Shown here: in pieces, positions 44,397 through 57,700 of the stretch
How positions within the stretch are numbered: the stretch's first letter is position 1
Layout of the letters: every line of letters begins with the position of its first letter
NCBI GenBank assembly: GCA_002245135.1
Contig: NGBS01000872.1
Coordinates: 248,001 to 312,000 of the forward strand
Reading direction: 5' to 3'
Length of the DNA stretch: 64,000 nucleotides
DNA from: Proteromonas lacertae
Lineage: Eukaryota
The notes under the pieces: model-generated
Databases searched by the model: none
What the model was told of the DNA's origin: nothing
The model's input: only the letters and a program-made list of their open reading frames with translations
Position numbers and translations under genes: made by a program

Positions 44397-44448
44397 TTAA
44401 GTATCAAACAAGTTTGAGAATTGATTTTTAAAATTCAAAAAATGTTAT

Positions 44449-44932
44449 ATGATGAATGAGATTAAAGAGACAATAAATACATTAAGAACTTCTTGTGACA
44501 CTTTAGATCAAGTTAATACAAATTTAGTCGGAGCATATCAACAATTAGAACAATTACTCACATCACTTGAAAAGTATATCACTAATTTCATTGTAGAGCA
44601 AATGATCTTGCTGAATCTTGGATAGGATTATGGAAGAATGTTTCCAGTGAAGTAAAACCATATTTAAACAGACATAGTAATACTCCAAAGATTCAATTAA
44701 TAGCAGAAGAACAATCACAAAAAGCTCAAAGACTTATGACTGAAGAAGACGTAGATTATGTTGATGAAGAAGAACAAATAGAAATAGAAGAAGTAAAACC
44801 ATCTAAAAAGTATATTTTTTAGTGTCTATATATTATAATAGAAATAATAAAAGGAAAAGAAAAGAGGATGAGAATAATGCCGTTGAATCGAAGAGAAGAA
44901 AAGGTAATAGTGTGAAAAGAGGAAGAAAATGA
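44449..44932 (+). CDS. Small coiled-coil protein, possibly DASH/Dam1 complex Duo1-like
   Basis: 23-nt and 32-nt introns; helix ending ANDLAESWIGLW; basic NLS-like tail. Confidence 0.45.
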
Positions 44933-45106
44933 GTAAAAAATCATTTTGTTTGTGATTATTTTAATATTAGATTCATTTAGTTTTTATATTATTGTATATT
45001 TTGTATAATGCTTTGATAAAAATGTTATTACACTTTTAGTAGTATTTACTAAACCATATTATATAAATATATATGCATTGTATATGCTTCAGTATAGAAT
45101 TGCTAA

Positions 45107-46430
45107 ATGTCTGCTCTTGATGATATAATCGAAGCAAAATTATATGATACTGCTTTAAATGTACTAGTAGATGGTAAAAATGTGAAAGATCAATATGTAG
45201 CAATCTTTTTCTCGTATTGTGTATAATCTATTATTCTTTAGTAAATTACACCAACCAGAATGTGTTGTTTTCACTTTAGTTATATCAAAATTATATAATA
45301 AACTGAATATAGAGAATAAGAAACTAAAATTGGTTGGTTGTTATGTTGATGAGAAAGAAGGTGATTATATAAAATGCGCTGAGAAAATTAATTGTTATGC
45401 TGTGCCATTTGATAATAGTGCGCTTAAAGATAGATTATTATCAAAATGTAAAGTAACTACTTTTCCTTCAGTCACAATATTTTCTCCAATAGGTGACTTA
45501 TTAAATATCAATGCATATGACAATATAAGGAATGATCCATATGGTTTTCTGTTTCCTTGGCCTCAAGGAACAATTTATGATTTTATTGAAGGTCCAGTTT
45601 CATTAAAACATCAAATAATTCCTTCTATTAATGAAATAATTCTTAATAAAGTATTTGGAGTATATTATAGTGCTTCATGGTGTGAAAAAGAATATTTCTT
45701 CCTGGAAGCATTAGTGAAAATACACAAAAACGTCGTGATAGAGAATGATATTGATTTTCCTATAATATTCTTTTGTTTTGATAGTTTTCTACCTGAATTT
45801 AATTATATGTGTGATAGCATATTGTTTTATGTAATACCCTTCGGAGATAGAAGATATAAATCAATATTACTTTCACTTAATATAACAGATATACCAATAT
45901 TCTCTCTTTATGATCAATATGGCGAAATGATATATAAAAATGCAATACCAACGATGTTAACTACTCCATTTAATTATCCATGGTATATATATATATATAT
46001 ATATATTGTTATTATTATATTATAGGGAACCACCATTAATAAACGAACTATCAACAAATAAACATGAAATACATATGTATCCTTGTTTTGTATTAATAAC
46101 AAACAATAAAAATGATGAAGATTCAATAAATATATATAAAGAAGTAATAAAAAATGTGAAAAGAAGAAAGTATGGATATTTGTATAGTAATAAAGAAGAG
46201 AGTGAATCAATTAGTATAAGAATGATAGTGAATGATATTTCAAGCAGATTTCTCATTTATTTAGATTTTATAAAGTATATATTTAGTATTTATATTATAG
46301 TGAGAATTTTGTAAGGTTTAATGAGAATTTATTGGATTATAATGATGTGAAAAAGTTTTTTATTGATTGTTATGATAATAAAATGAAGTACAAAAAAATA
46401 AAAAATGTAATTCCCAATATGTTATTCTAA
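45107..46430 (+). CDS. Nucleoredoxin-like tandem thioredoxin protein with degenerate active sites
   Basis: DPYGFLFPW, YYSASWC, FNYPW; CxxC replaced by LHQPEC and WCEKE. Confidence 0.75.
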
Positions 46431-46453
46431 TTTTTTTGTTATTTATAAATTAA

Positions 46454-47916
46454 TCATTGTTGATTATTATTATTATTATTATTATCTACAGCATTTTCTT
46501 CTTCCTTTTTAAATCCTTTAAGTTTCAATTTTTCTAATACATTATCTAAATAATTAGGATCTGGATAACCATATCTACTTAAACCACCATTTATATTAGT
46601 TTTATGATGAATTCCATTCCAATCAATTTTTGCAGAATACTGATCATTTCTAACAACACAAAATGTCGCTTTATTTTCAAATGCTTTCTTTAATAACTCT
46701 AATATTAATTTCCCTTTATCATTATTAGGTAAATATGCTTTTCTATTAAAACAGTTATAATATTCACCACTTTTTACAGTTCCACTATTCATATTATAAT
46801 TAATAACAATAGTATCATAATCTTCATAACCTGGTAAAGAAATACTCTCTATAGAATCAGTCATACTTCCATCTGGTTGAGATCCAATAATATTCAGATA
46901 AATCCTTTTACATAATGGACATTCTGGTTTGGATGTTTGATTAATATATTCTTTTAAACATCCTTCATGAAAGCAATCAAAACATACATTTAATCTTCTT
47001 ATTGCTTCACTTCCTTTTAAATCACAACAACAAATGCAACATTCGTCACCATCTCCAAATTTTGATTGGTCTTCTACAACAAATGATATTTTATCAATAT
47101 CTTCTTTGATACTCCTTATACTTTTCTGTCTGAAAATTGTATTTGGAGCTGATAAATATGGTTCTCTTAGATTGAATACTTCAGGTGATGGTTGAAATTT
47201 TGTATATAATTTTATAATCGTTTCTTCTCCTGTTTCTGAATCTATTTGTAATAATGGTGGACCTATATCAACATCAAATTTTCTATCATTAAATGATAAT
47301 GTAAATGATGGTAAATCGTTGTTATTACATTTCTCCAATTCATCTGATATTGTTTTTGATAATTCTTTATTGTATAATAAGAAATCATCATCATTATCTC
47401 CTGAATATCCATACACATCTGTTTCATATGTTGATACTTTAACTAAATATAAATATTTGGTAGATTTGTTCATTCTATACATACATCTTTGAATACAGTA
47501 ACATGTAGAACCGTTGTAATATGCATAATAATCTTGTTCTTTATTATCTACTTTTCTAATTCCTTCTATATGTATAGGTAAGTAAGGATTCCATTTTCGA
47601 GAATCAGCCCATTCATAGGAATCTCTATCTTTATTATATTTTACTTTTCTTATAAATTTGGTTAATGTATTGATTTGCACAAGTTCAAGAAAATATTCGA
47701 ATCTGTTTATGAGATAAAATAATATAAATACTCTTCCCCGTTTTCTATAACAGTAACTGATTTACCGGGCTGAACATCATCTAAATCACTCCATACGTCT
47801 ATAAATTATAGAAATACAAAACAAAGTACCTTTTGTTATTGGAAGATATGTTGAACTATCCCTATTGTAATATTCATAGACTAAAATAACTTAATCTAAA
47901 GAAATATACCATTCAT
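46454..47916 (-). CDS. Deltex-type E3 ligase (WWE-like, RING-H2, Deltex C-terminal domain)
   Basis: CCICC...FHEGC...CPLC; GSQPDGSM, SLPGYE, AYLPNN, IHHKT, YGYPDPNYL. Confidence 0.85.
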
Positions 47917-48475
47917 TCTTTCAGAAATTTGAAAAATTAAATATTCTTCTCAAGCTTCAAGTTTGAGAGGTTAAAAGAAAATTCCCTCCAAACTAAAAAC
48001 AAGGCGAATGTTGGAATACAAGCAAGTAATATCAAGTAAACACAAATATAAATGTGTTAAACACCAATAATAGTCTCAATATTGGAAATATATGGTTATA
48101 TTTATATTTGAAAGATTACAGACTAAATGTATCTTTTAATATCTAATAATTGCAAATATAGCATCAAATAATGATATAGATAGGTAGATTGTGTCAAACT
48201 CTTATGATGAACATATTATAACCAAAGTTTTTTAACTTCTCTTAAGTATAATGATAATTATAATCAACTTGTAATGATCAGAGAAAGGAAACTGAGTATA
48301 ACTAAAAAGATTTAAAAAGATGAAACGAATAAATATTTCAGCCAATCATAATTTCCTACATCATCACTTATTTCGTGACGAAAAATCCAGCATTTTTAAT
48401 TACTCATACATTTGCATCAATTTGCATTTACTTGTATTGATTTTATGTCATTATTCACCTATAGATAATACTAAG

Positions 48476-49615
48476 ATGAGTCAAGCAACTGAACAACAAA
48501 TTTCCTTGTTAGAGGATTTACAAGAAACAACTCCAGGCGGTTATGAGTTAGATATACCATCATTTTGGTATGAATGGTCAGAAGACGAGTTAAGAACGTA
48601 TATACAACAATATTTAATTATATTTAGATTCTTCGACTCTTGTGGAATGATAATACCATCTCCTAAAGAAGACAGAGCACCAAAATTAGACTTCTCCATA
48701 CAAATGACACCAGTAGATACTACACAAACACCACTTACACCAGCAACTCCATCACCAAGTCAATCTCCAATCAGATCACCATCAACACAATCAAAATCAA
48801 CATTAGAACCATTATCACAAATGCACAAATCATCAGCTTTACCATATTATAAACCAAATCCAAATGCTGTAGTAAGAGTATTTGCATTTCATGGTTCAGG
48901 TGGTAATGCTTTATCTTACAATCGATGGAGTGGAAATGACAAAATAGAAATATGTGCAATTGAAATACCAGGACATGGAACTAGAAAATCAGAACCAGTT
49001 TATGAATCATTACATCAATTAGTGAAGAAAATTGGCGAAGAATTATCATCAAACATTAAACCAACTGATACTATAGTTTACATTGGATTTTCATTTGGTG
49101 CATTTTTGGCATATGAAGTATGTTGTTATTTAAAGAAATATCATCATATTGATTGCTATCATTTCTTCCCTATTTCAAGAGCACCACCACATTGGTTTTG
49201 GATGGATGATGAATTGAGAGAAAATATAAAACAAAATTGGAGTGATTATGATATTGTTGAATATATGGCTAACACATGGAATTTACCTCGTCTTAATAAG
49301 ATATTAGCATTCAGTGAACCTGATAGAACTGAAATGAGTAAATCTGTTGCAAAATTACACAGAGCTGATATGTTGATGGGTGGTGAAAACATTGAACAAC
49401 CTGAGAATATGAATTGTCCTATCACTGCTATATATGGATTTGATGATACTGCTTATCCACAATACCAAGTTGAGATGTGGAAGGAATATTCAAGTAAATT
49501 TGAGATATTTGGTGTAAAATCCAATCATGAAAACACTTTAAACACTAAGGATGTTAATAATATAGTTATTAATACTCTTATGAAGAGACTCCAAGAAGAT
49601 TTCCCCAATATGTAA
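48476..49615 (+). CDS. Type II thioesterase (PKS/NRPS-associated alpha/beta hydrolase)
   Basis: FHGSGG, EIPGHGTR, GFSFG nucleophile motif, C-terminal His; probable in-frame 30-nt intron at about 48598-48627. Confidence 0.8.
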   Translation: MSQATEQQISLLEDLQETTPGGYELDIPSFWYEWSEDELRTYIQQYLIIFRFFDSCGMIIPSPKEDRAPKLDFSIQMTPVDTTQTPLTPATPSPSQSPIRSPSTQSKSTLEPLSQMHKSSALPYYKPNPNAVVRVFAFHGSGGNALSYNRWSGNDKIEICAIEIPGHGTRKSEPVYESLHQLVKKIGEELSSNIKPTDTIVYIGFSFGAFLAYEVCCYLKKYHHIDCYHFFPISRAPPHWFWMDDELRENIKQNWSDYDIVEYMANTWNLPRLNKILAFSEPDRTEMSKSVAKLHRADMLMGGENIEQPENMNCPITAIYGFDDTAYPQYQVEMWKEYSSKFEIFGVKSNHENTLNTKDVNNIVINTLMKRLQEDFPNM

Positions 49616-49785
49616 TTTAAATTACAGCTGTAACATATTTAATATATTTAATCACTACATATAATTTAATATAATTAATTAACAATATACTGAATATTTT
49701 TCGGTTGGAGAATAAGGTTGAAAATGATTTTAAAAACACTTCATAATTAAAAAAAGAGTAGTTTCACTTTTCTTCTTCTTTTGTT

Positions 49786-50469
49786 ATGTACTATATGCAA
49801 GGACATAATAAGAGTCAAACACCTGTATTTGTTAACGTCTATGATTTAAATCCTATAAATGATTATACTTACTGTATAATTGGTGTGTTTTAATGTAAAT
49901 AGGTATGGGCTTTGGGACTTACCATTCTGGAATAGAAGTAAATGGAACAGAATATTCTTTTAGTAATGGCGGTATATTCCCTAGTACACCAAAAGATGTT
50001 CCTGGTTTAAATCTAAGAGACACAGTATTAGTAGGATATACAAACTGTCTTTCAAGAGAAATAGATAGTATTTTATCAGATATGAGAAGTGATTATCCAG
50101 GTAATTCTTATCATGTAGTTTTGAAGTATTGTTTTCTTATTTATATATACATATTCTAGAAATTGTAATTGTTTTGCAGATGATTTTGCTGTTAGATTAA
50201 CAGGAAAACATATTCCTGGTTACATAAATAGATTAGCATATATAGGTAGTTTCTTCAAGTGTTGTATCCCAGATAGTGATGCATTAGGAGAAGCTCCTGT
50301 TAATGGAACTGGATATGTTGCTAATAATCCAAGATCACAAGAGAGATATACAAATCTATTTAAAGGATCAGGACGTACATTGGGAGGTAGTACTATGAGT
50401 AGAAATAAAAGAGATTATGGAGAGGAAGCACATGGTATTCCAGAAAGAAGTAGGTTGTTAGATTCATGA
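49786..50469 (+). CDS. PPPDE/DeSI deubiquitinase-desumoylase family peptidase
   Basis: VNVYDL, GTYHSGIEV, YHVVLKNCNCF, IPGYINRLA. Confidence 0.9.
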
Positions 50470-50612
50470 GTAATTTAGAAAGTGTAGTAAAATTTAACAT
50501 TTATAGTTTTTATTTTTATATTTACTATTAATTCCATAAAATATTTATAGATGTGTTTGTGTTTAATGAAATAATAGTAAAAGTATGCAAGGACTAATTT
50601 TCATCAAATAAA

Positions 50613-51653
50613 ATGTCAAGCTCAGATATAATAATTGAAGAAAATCAGTATTACTGGGTCAAATTTGACACATTTCCTGTATGGCCAGTAATAGTATCGA
50701 TATAAATATTTATAATTCAATAAAAAGACTGCAAAACCAGAATCATCAGATAAAGGACCAATTCCACCAGATGCTATAATTATGATATTTATTAATTTGA
50801 ATGAAAAGCATATATGTTTTTGATGTTATTATAATAGGCTCCGAATAAATCGATTAAACATTCCTAAGAACATGGAAATATATGATTTTAAAAAGCATTA
50901 TGAAGAATTTACAAGTAGTCCACCAATTTTATTGAAAGACCAGTTTTTGTATACTTTTTATAATTACAATTTATAATAGGCAAGCTTTAGAATCCATTAA
51001 TAATAGTCAAAATGTATTTATTTAATAATAAATATTTGAAACTGTAGGATAAACCAAATGAAAAAGTATTACCAAGGAGTGATTTTCTTTGTTGGGATGA
51101 TTACTTCATGTCATTAGCATTATTAGCTTCACAAAGATCTAAAGATCCAAGCACACAAGTAGGATCATGTATAATTGATGAAAATCATATTATTGTTGGA
51201 GTTGGATATAATGGATTTCCAAGAGGTATAGATGACTTACCATGGGAGAGAGAAGGTCCATTCTTAGACACTAAATATCCAGTATTTATTTTTGTTTATT
51301 TATATTCTGTAGTATGTTTGCCATGCAGAAATGAATGCTATTTTAAATACCAATACTTCAAACTGTAAGAATTGTACTGTATATTGTTATATTATTATGA
51401 TTGCTGTTAGTTATATACATCCTTATTTCCATGTTGTGATTGTGCAAAATTGATAATTCAAAGTGGGATAAAGATTGTGAAATATTTGTCAAATAAACAT
51501 AAAGATGAGTATAATTACAACACTATTTTCATACAATTACATAGTCCAATGTTTGCTGCTAGTGAAAGACTGTTAAAAATGGCTAAAGTTGAGACTATTC
51601 AGTATACTCCAGTAGTTAAGTCAGTTTATCTTGATTTCGAAAAATATTTATAA
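50613..51653 (+). CDS. DCTD: dCMP deaminase fused to an N-terminal PWWP-like domain
   Basis: YWVKFDTFPVWP; WDDYFM, RSKDPSTQVG, GYNGFP, YVCHAEMNA, LFPCCDC; 7 introns. Confidence 0.85.
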
Positions 51654-51777
51654 AAAGAAATAATAGAGCATATATAAAATTGTTTTATTTTAATTAAGAT
51701 ACAAAGTTGTGAAAAAACAATTGATAAAAATAGTTTCGTTTCATGATAGTTATATTTTTGTTTTTGTTTTTTTATTG

Positions 51778-54700
51778 ATGAAACTTTATAATGTATTTTT
51801 ATTTTTATTGCTGTTTATAAATATTGGTATTCTTATCTCATCTGATATCTCTAAATATATAGATGCTCAACTAACCTGCTCTTATTCTTCGTCCAATGTA
51901 CATACTGGAGTGGGTTTGACGGTGTCAATGGTGCCTACATGTTCGGAAGATATTTCTATGGTGTCAATAGAACCGGTACTACCTGATGGTCTTAAACTTA
52001 ATCCAACAGGAAGTATCACAGGTTCTCCAACTCTCGGTTTTTCGACTGTTTTATTTACAGTCACATTTTCAAATCTACAAGGAAAAGCAACTACAACTTT
52101 CTATATGGACTGTATCTTTATCTTTTTGTTTATTTTATTATAGCAATCGCGTTAATTAGTTCGTGTGATTTTGGATTTACTGAAAAATCAGCAATCAATG
52201 TAATACAAGGAGTATTTACTTCATTCAATGCTCCAACTTGTATCCCTGTGGTAAATCAATTTTCAGTTAGACCAAATTTACCAAGAGGATTAATTCTTGA
52301 TAAGACAACAGGTAGAATAAGTGGAACTGTCAATGAAACATTTTCGTTAAAAGATTATATTTTAACAGCTAAAAACCTGGTTAGTGAATATAACATAAAT
52401 TTCCAATTGTCTGTAATATTAAAAACAGATGATTTATTCGTTCCAGGTATAGAATTCCTAATTTCAGGTAAAGGGTATGATTTGGAGTTTAATCCAAGTA
52501 AAAATATATACTGGGATATATTTGATGTAGAAGAAGTACCAGATTTATTAACATTATACTTGGATTCAGTTGAACATACAAATGCGAATAGTTTTGAAGG
52601 TAGAAATGAAAAAGTATTAATTAGGGCAAAAGGATATATTCATATACCTAGAAAAGGTAAATACAGTTTCTATTTTAATGGTGATGATGCTATACAGTTC
52701 TTTTGGAATGGAGATTATGAACATTTCGTACATACGAATGGTTGGAATCAATGGAAGAATTACCCTGAAGATGGATATCCAATGGATTTAGATAAAGGAT
52801 ATTATGAATTTGGAGCACTTATCTATCAAGATTCAGGTGGTATGGCGTTACAGATTAAATATATTCCATCTAATGCAGCTGCAGCTACAACAATTCCAAG
52901 TGATATGTTATATCATATATTAACACCAGTTCAAAATTTGAAATATTCATCATCTATGTTTACATTCTCAGCAAATAATGATTTCTCATTTGCTTATAGT
53001 TCGTTTAAAGGTTCTCCTACTACTTGGTCTATTAAGCCTGATTTACCTGAAGGAATTATGTTTAATGATGGTGTAATATCTGGGAATTATCCTCATACAT
53101 TAGAATTAACTACCTTTATAGTTACTGCTTCAAATCCATTGTCATCTTCAAGTTTTACACTTTCAATAGCTATCTATGGAAGTGATATTAAAGAATATAT
53201 GAATGGAATAATTGTTAATTATTATACAAGAAATAGAGATAATTGTGAAGCAAACGCTGATAAATATCCTCAAAATGATGAGAATACTTATAAACTAGTA
53301 GTGAAAAGAGTTGAAACATATTTGAATTATGAATATAAGAAAGAATCATATGATGGCTTACCTGGTTATTTAAATGAGAAGTTTAACGTTGAATATGATT
53401 ATTCTATTGTATTAGATGCAGATGGTAATTATGAAGTAGATATAGAAACAACAGATGAGAATTTCTTTTGGATGTATTCTGAATCACAGACAGGATCTGC
53501 TTTATTCACAAGTGCAGTTAAACTCACATTTGATGGTAAAACCGAGACATATATCCGTGCATATTTAGTAAAGAGTCAAATAAAGACATATATGAGTAGT
53601 TGTAGAGCTAAAGGTAATTATGATACTGGTGGTTCTATTAATATAGCTGGTGGTCCAGAACAAATGGCAAGACAGCCAATTCCAGCTAAATATTTAGCAT
53701 ATACACCACCTTCACAGTTTTATTATACTTATTTATATATCTATTATGTATCTTATGCTAAAATCAGTCCAAATGAACCAATTTATTATCTCTTATCTAA
53801 AGATGATTTTCATAAATATACTGTTATTCCATCATTACCTTATGGTTTAACAATTGATAGTGATAGTGGAATAATCAGTGGTACACCATATGTAGGAGCA
53901 AAGGAAGTAGAAACCTATAGTATTACTGCAATTAATAAAATCAGTAACACAGCTATGACAACAACAATACAAATTGGATTAATGGAATTAGACAAACCAG
54001 CCAGTTTAAGTTATTCTGACACTGTTACTTCATTACCTGCTACTTCAATAGAATTTGCTGTAAATCAAGATATTCATGTATTAGAACCTAAATTAGATAA
54101 TCCAGAAGCAGTTAGATACTATACAGAACCATCTCTACCATCAGGTATTAATATTGATCCATATACTGGTGTAATAAGTGGTAAACCTCGTGAAACATAT
54201 GGTTCAATTGTTACTATCTATGCTGATAGAAAAGGATTAATAACTTCAACAACATTGACAGTGATAATCAGTCAATGTGGATTAGGTTTACAATATTTTG
54301 AAATATATGTTAATACTATTGACACAGGTGTTAAGTATTCTGTTTATCATAATGATAATAATAATCCTTTATACCAATCTAATAATTTACCATCCAATAC
54401 TAAATCACAATATTCTTATTGTGGTACAGATGATAATTATAACCTCAAAATTGAATCAACAGCTGTAGAAGCACCTTCATTCTATGTATATATTGGTAGT
54501 ACTTTAATGAGATATGACAAGTTGAAATCTGGTAAACAGACTATCTATTATGAATTTACTAATAGTATTTCATATTTACCATCCATTGAGTTTGGCGATA
54601 ATAATGTTTTGACATTTTATTATTATTTAGAATCATCATATCTTGGTCAAATATCTAACGGTATTGATTCAATTACTGTTGATCCACCATTACCCAATTC

Positions 54701-57700
54701 ACTGAAATTAGATACAGACACAATGACAATTAGTGGTATAGTTGATAAAATAGGTGATACTAGACATAGTTTAACATTAAGAAATATAAAAGGAAGTAAA
54801 AATATTGTGATAACAATTCATTCAATATCATGTCCAGAAGGAAAAACTGCATTTTATTTGTACTTTTATGGAAATGAAAAATCAAGTGAAGCAATTATCA
54901 ATCTAAAAAGAGATTCTGATAATTCTGTATTATTAGATTACAATGGAAATTTAAAAGAATATGAAAGATCTTCATGGTATTTCTGTGAAAAAGCAGACAG
55001 TTATACACTTACATTAAGTAGTACTAATAAAAATACAAAGTGGAATGGTGCTACATCTTTATCATTATATACAGAAGGTCATATTGAATTGTTCTTTGGG
55101 AAATACAGTAATACAATACCTGATAATTCATATCAAATTGATTTAGATTTTATATCACCACCTAGCTCAAGTTGGTTGTATTATTACAGTGATAAGAGTG
55201 ATCCTGGTTTAGGATGGAAGAGTATAGATTATTATGATGGTCATTGGTTATCAGCTCAATTAGGATTCTTTTCTAAAAGAATAGGAATTACTTCATATTA
55301 TAGGAAGAAATTTACACTTACTGATTTATCTAATTTAGCATCATTTCAAGCAGCATTTAAGTTTGATGGTGGTATTGTTGCCTATTTGAATGAACATGAA
55401 TTCTTCAGATATAATATGCCAAATTCTGATCTAAAATACAATACAGAACCAATAAGAATGTTGAATGAAGATGAAATAATCTTTAAAAGAGTTAGTGGAA
55501 CAGTTGAATATTTAAATTTTGGTGAAAATATCTTAGCAGTAGAAATACATATTAAAAATGATTCAACAATAAGTAGAGAAAATCCGTTTGGTGGTTGGTT
55601 TGATACTATTATTGGTGATGGTGATAAGAAGTGTAGTGATAGATCTACAATTAAAGTTAGTACTGATATTAATGCTAATAATGGTGGTTGGTTATCTGAA
55701 AATGTTGGTTATTTAGTAGATAAAGATCCAGGAACAATATTTGCAGCAGCTGGTAAAGATCGTTTTGTTGAGATTACTTTTTCGAATGATCGATATGAAT
55801 ATATCAATAGTTATTTAATGAGAGGACCAAGAGCTAGTCAATTAACTCGAGGTTTATTAGATTATGAAATAAAAGGATTTAATGAAGATACAAATGAATA
55901 TGATACAATATATCATGAAGTAGCAACAGAAATGTGGAAAGGTAATGCAGAAGAGAAGTATTATTACATTGATAATGCACCAAAAAGAGCTTATAATAAG
56001 ATAAGACTAGATGTATATTTGACTGGTAATACATTACCAGGACTGAATAATGGTTTTCAAGAAATCACAGATTTAGTATTTTATTCATGTAACATCCAAT
56101 CATGTCAAGAAGAAGGTGAATGGCAATCAACTGCTGCTGGTAGTTCAGCATCTGTCAATTGTCCTGATGGTTATTATGGTAATGTTGTTAGAAAGTGTAT
56201 ATTAGATAATGGTAAAGCAACTTGGGATAAAATACCATCTATGAGTGAATCATGTAAAGAAAGTAGTTTTGAAATGAAATATCAAACATTAGATTATTAT
56301 GTAGTTGAGAAATTATATAATCCAATTATTACACCAGGTTTAACATGTAATGATGTTTCAATAACTACAAGTAATCCAGTAGGTCTAGTTTTAGCAATAG
56401 AAATAGAACCATCATCAACACAATATTATGTTACTACTAGTGATATTGTTGTAGTTGATATAACAAGTATTACTACAACAACTGTTGGTATAAGTGCAAG
56501 ATGTTCATATGCTAACTTAACTACATTGATCTTTGAAACATCATTTGATTTAATAACACATCCGAAAGTATTAAGGACAATGCCATTGAAATTCTATTTT
56601 AATGTTGATGAAAATATTCAATTTCCTGATTTAACAACTCATGATATGTTGATAAGATATGAGAAGATTGATTTTGATACAGTAGATCATTATCATACTT
56701 GGAATTCACTATCATCTGATTTATTATTCAATTATGCTGTGTATTCTGATGGATTAATATTTATAAATGGAACATCATCAGTTGATTTGATCATTAGATT
56801 TCAAGGTAGGTTGAGAGTGATTATTGATAATGAAATGATGTTTGATGAAATATCTTTAAGTGAAATTGCACAAAAAGAAATCATTTTATCAATTGATGGA
56901 ACATCAGGAATGAAGAAACTCAATCTATTTTATGTGGGTATGAGAAATAGAAGAAATGTATTAGAAATTTATAATACAACTGGTGATACAACTCAACCAC
57001 ACTATCCATATTATTGTGAAGAACCAGCAACATGGACAACAGAGAAATTTACTTATTTAGCTGAAATGTATATTGGTGAAAAAGGTAATTCTATTTTAGA
57101 AAATACACCAGTGTCTGTATTAGATGATGTAGTGAATGGTATTTATGCTGTAAGTTCAGCAGTTGCATTACCAACTGGATTGAATTTCGATGTTTCTACT
57201 GGTAGGATATATGGTACGCCTATAGCAGTGTCTGATTGGAAAGAATATATAATAACAGCAACAGTGAAATCAGTTTCATATACATTGAAGTTTAGATTAA
57301 AAATCAGTGATACTCCTTCAAAACCACAATATTTACATATTAAAGATTGTGATGGTGTAGTTAGAGATGAATTTACATTTTATAGAAATTCATATTTGTC
57401 ATGTGATGGTTATACAATAGAAAGTAATCAACCAGTGAAATTAGGTTATTTTCCAGATTATGATAATTTTTCAATGACTGAAGATGGATATTTCAATTAT
57501 TATTCTGATATTGCTATTGATTATCCAATATATGTATATGGTGTTACTCCTTATGGAGAATTGATTATAGAAACAAGAATTAAAGTCGTTGAATGTCCTG
57601 GATCTCAATATACAATATATCTTGATAGTAATGATAAGACAGAAGGCTCTTATGTAGTAAAAGAAAAGACAACAAGAGTTGGTAGTGGTGAATTACAAAA

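Noticed and set aside
45983..46006. (TA)n microsatellites (also about 4170, 11330, 24600, 43710)
   Set aside because: Ordinary low-complexity intronic sequence; not CRISPR or a mobile element.
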